Positions 50,004 through 60,200 of a stretch of 64,000 nucleotides of DNA are shown here, in pieces. Origin of the DNA: Neoechinorhynchus agilis (taxonomy: Eukaryota > Animalia > Acanthocephala); contig CM121342.1 of NCBI GenBank assembly GCA_051530055.1, forward strand, positions 6,571,489-6,635,488. The letters run 5' to 3'. The stretch's first letter is position 1; each line of letters begins with the position of its first letter. Below the pieces are notes generated by a model that did not search any database, was not told where the DNA came from, and was given only the letters and a program-made list of their open reading frames with translations. The position numbers and the translations under genes were made by a program.

Positions 50004-50496
50004 ATTTAACTTCAATTTCTATGGCAGAGGAATCAAATGTTAAATGAGTCTCGGAAAATTGTGCTTATTTAGTCCAATCGCTCAATGATTCGGATTGTTC
50101 CGACAAGAAAGGTTCAAAATATGGCAGGATTTTAGCTATATTATCAGCTGTTATTTGTGGACTAATAATTTTTGGATACACAATCTGCGCTCTTGTACTT
50201 CTTACAAAACGAAGAAGAGGATCATATGGATTTGACACTTGATTTTCATGGAATACAAAAATCAAATGGAGATAAAGATTTAAAAAATCATTGCATGTCA
50301 TTCGAATGAGGGAAACGATTCATCATTACTGATATTCATTTTTAATCAAGTGAATTTTAAACACAGCCTTAGAAAATCAATTATGTAAAAATGAATTCGA
50401 ACAACCAGAGAACTATTAAAAGAACTCTTTGGTTTGGTACCACTTTCATGATTGACAAAAGTTCGAGCAAACTATTAAATTTTAATTAACAAAAAT

Positions 50497-50952
50497 TCAT
50501 GCAACTTCTGGCGAAGTGATCACGTCCATTTCTATCGGTTCAATTGGTGGTTGCAACTGAGTAGGATTTAATCCACGATACCTGAACGATGCTTCGAGAA
50601 TAAAAAGTATAGCCATACCAATTGCCAATAATCCTGCGATTATAGAATAAGCGCAAGCTTGGTTTCCAATCGAAGCTATAAGTAGAACACCAACGATCAA
50701 TACGGAAGCTCCCATGCTTATATTCCATATCGCCAAATATTTCTGATCGCTTGAATTTAGTCTCATGTTGGATACCATCAAGAATACTGTAATGGCCGTG
50801 GATGACATTATGATTCCGTAGTCGAAAAGACGAGTTGCAAAACCGCCATGGTAAAAACATTCTTGTGGAACGGAGATGAACAATAGAGTCAATAGACCTG
50901 CAATCACCTCCAAAATGTTCATAATCCCAAACAGCTCACGAAAATATGACAT
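50497..50952 (-). CDS. MARVEL-domain (CMTM/plasmolipin-like) 4-TM protein, intronless
   Basis: 151 aa with four hydrophobic segments and an N-terminal YF...GIMNILEVIAG pattern typical of MARVEL helix 1. Confidence 0.6.
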   Translation of the reverse strand: MSYFRELFGIMNILEVIAGLLTLLFISVPQECFYHGGFATRLFDYGIIMSSTAITVFLMVSNMRLNSSDQKYLAIWNISMGASVLIVGVLLIASIGNQACAYSIIAGLLAIGMAILFILEASFRYRGLNPTQLQPPIEPIEMDVITSPEVA

Positions 50953-51064
50953 TTAATGAACACTGAACTTTATTGCTTAAGAAATTAATTTTTTTTATTG
51001 GATATCGCGTTACCATGGCGCTTTAATCTTTAAATCTTTAAGTAGCACAGCTTTATTTGCTTTA

Positions 51065-52252
51065 GAATTATTGTTTTTTTAGAAGTCTTCATTCGCGGTA
51101 AATAACTTCTTTTTTTCGGTTAAAAGGGTTCATCATCATCATCAGTTTGTTAGTTAGTAAAGGTTCGCAGAACGTTTGTCGTCGACCTCTCTTGAGTCCG
51201 GATCCGTCATCCGCAACTCGGTATCCGTCATCCAGTCCGGATCCGTAATCCAGACCGGATCCGTAATCCAGTCCGGATCTGTCATCCACTCTGGATCCGT
51301 AATCCAGTCCGGATCCGTAATCCAGTCCGGATCTGTCATCCACTCTGGATCCGTAATCCAGTCCGGATCTGTCATCCACTCTGGATCCGTAATCCAGTCC
51401 GGATCTGTCATCCACTCTGGATCCGTAATCCAGTCCGGATCTGTCATCCACTCTGGATCCGTCATCCAGTCCGGATCCGTAATCCAGTCCGGATCTGTCA
51501 TCAACTCGGATCCGTCATCCACTCTGGATCCGTAATCCAGTCCGGATCCGTCATCCACTCTGGATCCGTAATCCAGTCCGGATCTGTCATCCACTCTGGA
51601 TCCGTAATCCAGTCCGGATCCGTCATCCACTCTGGATCCGTAATCCAGTCTGGATCCGTAATCGAGTCCGAATCCGTCATCCAGTCCGGATCCGCCATCA
51701 ACTCCGGACCGTCATCCGCTCCCGGTCCGTCATCCAGTCCGGATCCGTAATCGAGTCCGAATCCGTCATCCACTCTGGATCCGTCATCTGCTCCGGGTCC
51801 GTCATCAACTCGGTATCCGTCATCCACTCTGGATCCGTCATCCAGTCCGGATCCGTAATCCAGTCCGGATCTGTCATCAACTCGGTATCCGTCATCCACT
51901 CTGGATCCGTAATCGAGTCCGAATCCGTCATCCACTCTGGATCCGTCATCGCTCCGGATCCGTAATCCAGTCCGGATCTGTCATCCACTCTGGATCCGTA
52001 ATCCAGTCCGGATCCGTCATCCACTCTGGATCCGTAATCCAGTCCGGATCTGTCATCCACTTTGGATCCGCCATAAACTCCGGACCGTCATCCGCTCCCG
52101 GTCCGTCATCCAGTCTGGATCCGTAATCCAGTCCGAATCCGTCATCCAGTCCGGATCCGTCATCAACTCTAAAGCTATCACGACGACCCAGAGGTACATG
52201 GGTCCTCTTCTTAAACAAAAATAAAACGTAATCTTCTAAACAATAATTCCAA
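51065..52252. mobile_element. MITE family 1 element enclosing a minisatellite
   Basis: Left end gaattattg..tagaagtcttcattcgc at 51065; right end cttctaaacaataattccaa at 52233-52252. Confidence 0.6.
51196..52168. repeat. GC-rich 18-bp minisatellite (GGATCC-containing) with variant units
   Basis: Units tccggatccgtcatccag / tctggatccgtaatccag / tccggatctgtcatccac; 17-nt variant units recur. Confidence 0.96.
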
Positions 52253-52426
52253 ACCCGAACGGACTTTTACCCCTTCCCCCACGACCGAATCCGTAATCAA
52301 CTCGAAAATCAACAACCACATTCTGTGTGTGAGTGGAAAACGGATACTTTTACGATTCCTCCGAAAAAGTAGTGAAATCAGTGATAAGAAAATAAAACTC
52401 TATTGAATTTGAAGAAATCCACGTCT

Positions 52427-52563
52427 TTTAGAAGTCTTTATTCGCGGTAAATGGCTTTTTTTCTTCGATTAAAAGCGTTCTACGAACCTCGTCGGCTATT
52501 AAGAGACGCTCAAAAACTGATCATAAAGCGCTCCCTCGAACAAATACTTCTAAAAACAATAAT
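52427..52563. mobile_element. MITE family 1 copy, degenerate right end
   Basis: tagaagtctttattcgcggtaaat ... tacttctaaaaacaataat. Confidence 0.65.
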
Positions 52564-52606
52564 CATTTAGGCCGGTTCTCACATTTGGACATTATTTCCT
52601 TTATTT

Positions 52607-53641
52607 TCAGACACCTTTGTTAATATTGTTGACGAGTTCTTTTGTCTGATCAGACAGTGGATTGTTGGTAAGAATTAAACTTACGTTTGGTGGAAATTCT
52701 GAAATCAGCTCCTGTTCTATATCAATAATTCCATTTGAGCTTAAATCGAGTATCTGCAAAGCACTTAATTTGCTGAAGTCAATAGATGAAGTTGTTCTAT
52801 TTAACACTTTAAAATCCGCTCCAGTGAGTGAGATGGTCGATAAATAGTCCGAAACAAATTTTGGTATTCTTTTAAGTTGATTTGAAATTATTTTTAAATT
52901 TTCAATTGAACCGGTATCTAGTTCTTGTTCATCCTCTGGGCTAACAGAAGCATCATGAATTTCCAATGAAACAAGACTTTTTAGCTCGTTTGTTTGATTT
53001 ATTACATCGACCATTGAACCCAAATATGATAATTTCAAATGTGAGAGTATGCTGCAAGATTTGTTGCCAGAAATACAAATAGTAGATATTGGATTGCCAG
53101 TAAGATTAAGACTTTGAAGACTCACAAGATCCTTTTTAACAATGAAAGTAAGATTCGTTATCTGATTGTAAGAAATATCGAGTCTTCTCAAGTTTTTCAT
53201 ACACTTCACTGAGTCAATAGAAGTGAAGTTATTGTAGGAAGCGTTTAGAACTTGCAAATAAGGTGAGTTTGAAGATATAGAAAAAACATCCTTAATATGA
53301 TTTATCGAGATATCCAACTCATTCATCAAATGAGTTCCATTCAATTCAATATTCTCGATTCCGTTATTACTTAGATGTAGAATTCCAATGTTGTCTGTAC
53401 GAGGAATGAATTCGTGCTCGGCATCACTGTAACATTTCCTTAATGAAAATTTCTTTAAATTAAATAAATACGTTACATTCCTTGGGATTTGAGACATTGA
53501 CAATCCTTCGATATAAAGTTTGTCCGTGGTTTCATCGCAAACACTCAGTCCAGAGTTATTGCTCGATAATGTATTTCGGTCAATAATGCAGTCTTTAGCA
53601 AAAACTGAGGTAAAAATGAGTAGACCGAAATGAAAGAGCAT
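52607..53641 (-). CDS. Secreted or extracellular leucine-rich-repeat protein, 344 aa in one ORF
   Basis: Signal peptide MLFHFGLLIFTSVFA and LRRs LHLSNNGI, LDISINHI, LNASYNNF, LDISYNQI, LNLTGNPI and LDLSSNGI. It may continue after a donor near 52612. Confidence 0.85.
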   Translation of the reverse strand: MLFHFGLLIFTSVFAKDCIIDRNTLSSNNSGLSVCDETTDKLYIEGLSMSQIPRNVTYLFNLKKFSLRKCYSDAEHEFIPRTDNIGILHLSNNGIENIELNGTHLMNELDISINHIKDVFSISSNSPYLQVLNASYNNFTSIDSVKCMKNLRRLDISYNQITNLTFIVKKDLVSLQSLNLTGNPISTICISGNKSCSILSHLKLSYLGSMVDVINQTNELKSLVSLEIHDASVSPEDEQELDTGSIENLKIISNQLKRIPKFVSDYLSTISLTGADFKVLNRTTSSIDFSKLSALQILDLSSNGIIDIEQELISEFPPNVSLILTNNPLSDQTKELVNNINKGV

Positions 53642-53997
53642 GTTTTGAGGATTATAGTCGACTTGTGTGTCTTATATAAACTTCTATGTTGTCTTTGAAG
53701 GTAAAAATTTAGTCTAAAAGCTGTATTTTTTGAGGCAAAAAACATTTTCTACCTCAATGATACACTCTATTATTTTTAAAACTAGGGTTATAATTCGTAG
53801 ATTTTTATCCAAAACTTAAATTATCAATAAACGTAAAGTTTAGTTTCATGAGATCGTCAAAAGCGTAATAAAAAAGATTATTATTTTGTGGCCTTTTCAC
53901 TGCCTCCGATCAAATCCAGGGAAGTGCATAAGAAAAATTATCAGCCGTGATAAAAAAGGCCACTGAAAAGTTACCGGATGGCAAAACTTCACAAAAA

Positions 53998-54372
53998 AAG
54001 ATTATCCTTTACCTTTTAAAAGGACAAAGACGGATTCGGACTAATTTTGTTTCTAAATATAAAAGCATTTGTTCGACGTTTAATCAATGGCAATTAGAAC
54101 ACGAAGGATGGCATCTAAGGCCGTTGAGGCCGCATTTGCAACCTCCACTCGAATCTAAAAACCTCATCTTGGTCCCTTGAATTGACTATTATAAACGTTT
54201 GGTTTTACGAATCCTAATAAAGATTATCCTTTACCTTTTAAAAGGACAAAGACGGATTCGGACTAATTTTGTTTCTAAATATAAAAGCATTTGTTCGACG
54301 TTTAATCAATGGCAATTAGAACACGAAGGATGGCATCTAAGGCCGTTGAGGCCGCATTTGCAACCTCCACTC
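53998..54372. repeat. 222-bp-period duplication of the RBCK1 terminal coding end and 3' UTR
   Basis: aagattatccttt...caacctccactcg at 53998-54150 and 54220-54372. Confidence 0.92.
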
Positions 54373-55841
54373 GTATCTCCGATTCCACGAGAACCCCATC
54401 TTGGTCCCTTGGTACACCAGCAGATTTGAGTTTTACAGGCGGTGCAAGTGACACCATCACACCCAGCGGTCTTCTGAATTAGAATCTTAAGTCCGATGAG
54501 CCCTTTTTAAAGCTCGGAATTAGAAAAAGGCTTAAGAGACAAACAATTAGGACATCTCATTGTGCTCCCAGAAGCAATTAATTCTTCGATTTGGCGTCTT
54601 GTCTTCCTTTTATTTAGTTCGGAATTTTTTCTGAGTTTGATTTCCTCTGAGAATTCAGTACAGGAGATGTTTGAATCGTGCTGTTGTTCGCATTGTATAC
54701 AGTTCATCTCCAAACATACATGACACTCAAATATATGCCGCCAGCCATTCATCTCGATTATTTCAAAACCAGGACAATCTCGAGTTAAGCAGTGAAACGT
54801 CTTGGAACTCATTTCGAAGGATTGAATGCTTTTTCTCTCCAAAGCGATTAGCGTATCTTCTTTAACAGGCGTTGTCGGAGGTAAGAAAACCGAAAATAAT
54901 GGACTTTTTTTATTTCCCGGATGTTCTCAAGCCCTCTCAAATATTAATCTATTTATCGTGAAGTTAAAATGTAAAAAAGGTCAATTTCGCTCTAAGAAAA
55001 GTAGCGAAATTTTAACTTGATTTTTTTAATTGGTTTTAGAAAATGGACACTTTTCAACCTCGTCTAGTCGTTATAAACATTTTTTTGAAGACTTTAAACA
55101 ATTTTTGACATTTATTTCCGAGCTTTCGTTGTCTTACATGTTTTTCAACATACAAAATCCTGATTTTTATATCAAATGGCAAAAAAAGAGATGCTAATTT
55201 GATGAAGGGCTAAGTGTAAGAAATCGCTAAGACATTACCGACAAAGCACAATCTCTTCTACATGCGAATCTTAGCTCCATCGGTGATATATGAGCTGAAC
55301 ATTGAACTTCACCTTCTGAAACCGGACATTGGACCAGGGCGAACTCTGATCCATTCGCAGCTCCATCGACGCATTCCCTGCAAATCAGATGATGACAATT
55401 GATCAGAACTATACCTTCGTGCTTCTTAACATCGTCGTAACAAATTGAACAAGAGAAATCCTCGGCATTTGTGTTTACTTCCTGGTGAGCATTGATCAAC
55501 TTTTCGTCGACTTTGAGATTTCCCTTTACGTCTATTCTTCGCTTCAGTCCTATTTCGCTACTTGAACGCTCAAGCCAGACGTGAATATGCTTTTGACCTT
55601 CGTCCAGCAATATTCCGTTACGGAGCAATGCATTTGGTCTAAGAAAATCTCCTTTTTTGCTAAAAACGTTAAAGTCGTCAATCGTTGTATGTAGTCTGTT
55701 TCCGACCGCTGATAAAAAACTTTTGGTGGTCAAATCGGATTTTAAACGCATCTTAAAACTTCTAATTAGTCCATCGATGTCGTACAGGTCAACGGAGTAT
55801 TCTTCGTCGATATTTTCCTTGTCGTTTTCAATTTCAAACAT
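54306..55841 (-). CDS. RBCK1: RBR E3 ligase HOIL-1/RBCK1, 3 exons
   Basis: RING1 [50 protein letters not shown]2 [29 protein letters not shown], and the diagnostic C-terminus [23 protein letters not shown]. Confidence 0.92.
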
Positions 55842-56318
55842 CTCTTGACTCACTGCTTAAAACACACAACCTCACATTTTGTTGATGGTTTTTCGTTGAA
55901 AAACACAATCGATTTATTAAAAGGAGTGAAAATTACGACACATTCTAATAGCGATTTTGAGTGTAGAGTCGTTTGAACGTAAGAAAATGTGCCATAAAAA
56001 TGGGATATAATTTTTAGAGGTTGTCCTACGACAACTAAGATAATTTTGTATGACTCTTCTAAATTAAAAATTCAAGCCAAAAATTGACCTATATTTTTGA
56101 TTGAACTAATTTTTATTGTTGAATTTGTTCAGGTCCAAACGAAAGCAAATTAAATGGACATGAAATGATTTCACAAATGATTAATTTTATAGATGGCAAG
56201 CAAAAAGAAAACGTTTCACAATATTTCAGAGCAAATTTTTAAGAATCAAAATCTTCTATGATGTTTGTAGTGTTAGCCTTGGCAATTTAATAAGGATCGA
56301 CGTAAAATTAGGGTATAA

Positions 56319-56520
56319 TTGGAATTATTGTTTAGAAGTCTTCACCCACAGTAAATGATTTCGTTTATTAAAGACGTTCTGTGAACCTCGTCGGGTTCAT
56401 CATTATCAGTTTGTTAGTCCATCGATAGCGTCCAATAAACCCGACGAGGTCCACAGAACGTCTTTTTAATCGAAAAGAAATCATTTGCAGCGAGTGAAGA
56501 CTCCTAAACAATAATTCCAA
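56319..56520. mobile_element. MITE family 1, most intact copy (about 200 bp)
   Basis: TIRs ttggaattattgtttagaagtcttcac / gtgaagactcctaaacaataattccaa, plus an internal IR gacgttctgtgaacctcgtcgggtt / aacccgacgaggtccacagaacgtc. Confidence 0.85.
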
Positions 56521-57150
56521 TAATCACATTCCCGAGGAGACTTTCCTCTGTCTCGTCTAATTTTGCCAGCTTATTCCCATGTCTAAAAAAAGGTGCAGAG
56601 CTCATACAGAAATTTCGGAGCAAAGATGGTGTATTTGATCGATAATTCATCAATCCGTTCGCACATCACCGAAAGTTGCGGTTGAAGATTATCAATCTCT
56701 GCTTCGACATTAGAACCAAAAATGCAGGGTCCTAGAAGACTCAGCCTTTCGAGAGGCATCAGCTCTATCCCAAGGGACGTCGCCCCAGCATTCAATTCGC
56801 GAATGAAGACTTCTAAACAATAATTCCAATAATCACATTCCCGAGGAGACTTTCCTCTGTCTCGTCTAATTTTGCCAGCTTATTCCCATGTCTAAAAAAA
56901 GGTGCAGAGCTCATACAGAAATTTCGGAGCAAAGATGGTGTATTTGATCGATAATTCATCAATCCGTTCGCACATCACCGAAAGTTGCGGTTGAAGATTA
57001 TCAATCTCTGCTTCGACATTAGAACCAAAAATGCAGGGTCCTAGAAGACTCAGCCTTTCGAGAGGCATCAGCTCTATCCCAAGGGACGTCGCCCCAGCAT
57101 TCAATTCGCGAATGAAGACTCCTAAACAATAATTCCACAATAATCACATT
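56521..57150 (-). mobile_element. Two tandem 309-bp units, each a CRE RT-region fragment fused to a MITE right TIR
   Basis: ORFs 56583..56795 and 56892..57140 are identical and match the 7948..8166 CRE segment (FGSNVE.EIDNLQPQLSV.CER.DELS). The TIR recurs at about 56799 and 57108. Confidence 0.85.
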
Positions 57151-57244
57151 CCCGACATTTTTAGAGTACAATTAAAAACAAGATCGTTTTAGATATTTGG
57201 TTTAAAAATCGATAAAGGTCCTGGCTACTAAATGTTCGTAAATG

Positions 57245-60200
57245 TTAAAAGAGCAACAACGAATAAGTGCCTAAATTTATTACAAATGAACAAATGAGTC
57301 CACCGATTAATTGATAGACAAAATAAGGGCAAAATACAGCCCAGAGCATAAGATGTCGTCTCAGAACACTCACTGCAATTCCAGTGAATAAGATCTTTAG
57401 ACTCATTAGTCTTAACAATTGTAGTTTTGTCTCTGGATCTTTTACGAATCCACTGATACTCAAGTACGAACTGAATGTTGTAACGAGTGTCAGTACACCT
57501 CGGACTAGAGTGCATTGACCGAATTCATATCTGGACAGTAAAAAAGCCGGACGCCAGTCGATATAAGCGAATTGTGACTTTTGTCCAATGGCCGTAAAGA
57601 AATACTCACTTCCGATTAGGCCTATAACAGCTTCATCGGGGAAAGTTATCATTAAACAGACAGCTATCGAAATCGCTTTCTTTTGAAAAGCATCAACAAG
57701 ACACAAAATCGAGAAGATTGATGGAATGAGTGATTTTATCGAAGGATATAAACAAAGTAGCGTAAGACAAAGTGGAGATTCGGATAGAAAGTATAAAGCA
57801 AACGTTAATAGAATAAGGCTTTTTGTTTTGAGCCGTGTGGATAATAAACATAGAAAAAAGGCTGGAATGGCATTGATAGTTTTATCAGTGTACGATTGAA
57901 TTTGAAATGTCCATCTTAACGCGTCAACTATCACGAGAATATTCGATCCACGTTTCGTGATGGTCAATCGTTTACAAGACATAAACATAAGAGTTTAACT
58001 TTTATATCGATCACAGTTGAAGATGTAAGTAAGGAGAGTTGTAAAAGACAAAAAGTGATTGTTTTGACATGGATGATTAGACTATTTGAGAATCCAATAG
58101 TAAAGTAGATTAGAAGAATCAGAGCACACTTGTTCGGCCGAATTGAACGATATTTTCGGACTGCTTCTATCGAGAACATTAGTAGACATAGAAACACGAA
58201 AATCCGGTCGTACCCTAAACAAATGCCGACTATTCCAAGTCCAGCAAGTAAATCAATAAACAAGCAGGAGTTCGTATTGGTTGATCTTATTAAACCGAGA
58301 AATACGATAACTATTCCAGAGGACATTAACGTTAAGTTAAACCTTGTCCATATTAGTCGAAATTCTTTAAGTATTAGCCTGTTGAATTGAAGATTAGTAA
58401 GTTCGTTGTCATCGATCAGTTGCTTGAATCTCATGTGTACACTTGGTTGAGTGGACGATACAAAATACTTGACGAATTCTTTAATCTGCCGTGTGTTTTC
58501 GTTCAAGAATTCAGTTCTAATTTGTGGATTCATTAAATCGAGAATAACTGTGCCTAGATTCCCAAACGGAATGGGTACATTAAGTAATGCTGATAAAGTT
58601 GGTGTAATATCAATCTGATCGATTGTCTCGTTGAAAAGAGTCGATCTTACGTTTTTTAAACGTTTGGAATATGACAATAAAACGGTATGAACTTCATCAT
58701 CTGTCTCACCGCCATGACCTCCAGAATCCGTCATCCCATGATCGCCAATGACAAGCAATACATCCTGGTCCGTAATGAGATCTATAAGATTACTAAACGG
58801 AAATGCTAAGGCTGGTTTCGTTTGGGAACTTACCTAAGCACAGTGTCCATTTGATGCAATTTTCGTCTCATCTCATCGTGTCGGACGTTGAACTTGTGTC
58901 CACAGTGGTCCACACCGAGGAAATGAGCGATTATCAGGTCCGATGGATTATCCACATTGACGATTTCCGTATAGAGATGGTCAAGTATGCCGTTATCGAC
59001 CGTCTCAGTGTCCATTAGAACCACAGTTAAGATTTAAAAGAAATCGAACTATACAATACGATAGAAGTGCAATCTTCAAAGTTCCGGAAAAAGGCACGAG
59101 ATTTTATCTTTATGATGTCGCTGGACCTCACCAAAGAAATAGGAAAATAAAGGATAACAATGAAAGTGAATTTTCAGGAATCAAAGAGAGAAAATATAAT
59201 TCATAAAATATTTCCTTGAATATGTGTGCACAAACAAATTTAATAAAAGTAAACTAAAAATAAATCCGATTCTAAAGGCTTCGCATTTATTAACTCTTCC
59301 CTAAACCTTAAACGCTTCTTTTACTCTTTCAAACGAATACGAACAGTCACTGAAACTTCAAATGAACCTTAAAAATTTAAAATCAATTTATTATTGTTGC
59401 TTATTTGCCCCCGGACGTATCTGAGAACTTGAAATGTTCTTTTTTAAATAAATTATTAAAGATTTTCAGACAATTTTATCGGCAGTTCAAAGAATTTTGT
59501 TAACTAACGAATACGAAAAGTCACCAAAACTTCAAATGAACCTTAAAAATTTAAAATCAATTTATTATTGTTGCTTATTTGCCCTCGGATGTACCTGAGA
59601 ACTTTAAATTTTCTTTTTTTAACTAAATTATAAAAGATTTTCAGACAATTTTATCGGCAGTTCAAAGAATTTTGTTAACTAACGAATACGAAAAGTCACC
59701 AAAACTTCAAATGAACTTAAAAATTTAAAATCAATTTATTATTGTTGCTTATTTGCCCCCGGCGTACCTTAGAACTTGAAATTTCTTTTTTAAATAAATT
59801 ATAAAGATTTTCGACAATTTTATCGGCAGTTCAAAGAATTTTGTTAACTAACGAATACGAAAAGTCACTAAAACTTCAAATGAACCTTAAAAATTTAAAA
59901 TCAATTTATTATTGTTGCTATTTGCCCCCGGACGTACCTGAGAACTTGAAATTTTCTTTTTTAAATAAATTATAAAGATTTTCAGACAATTTTATCGGCA
60001 GTTCAAAGAATTTTGTTAACTAACGAATACGAAAAGTCACAAAACTTCAAATGAACCTTAAAAATTTAAAATTTATTATTGTTGCTAATTTGCCCCCGGA
60101 CGTACCTGAGAACTTGAAATGTTCTTTTTTAAATAAATTATTAAAGATTTTCAGACAATTTTATCGGCAGTTCAAAGAATTTTGTTAACTAACGAATACG

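Noticed and set aside
51089-52218. DYGSRVDD / TDPDW repeat ORFs as a real repetitive protein
   Set aside because: Recurrent 17-nt units shift the frame at equivalent positions, all frames are partly open, and the array lies inside MITE ends.
2901-58390. Numerous short antisense or overlapping ORFs in the track (e.g. 3040..3330, 10211..10570, 31008..31199, 58130..58390)
   Set aside because: Shadows of real CDSs or of satellites, with no independent motifs.
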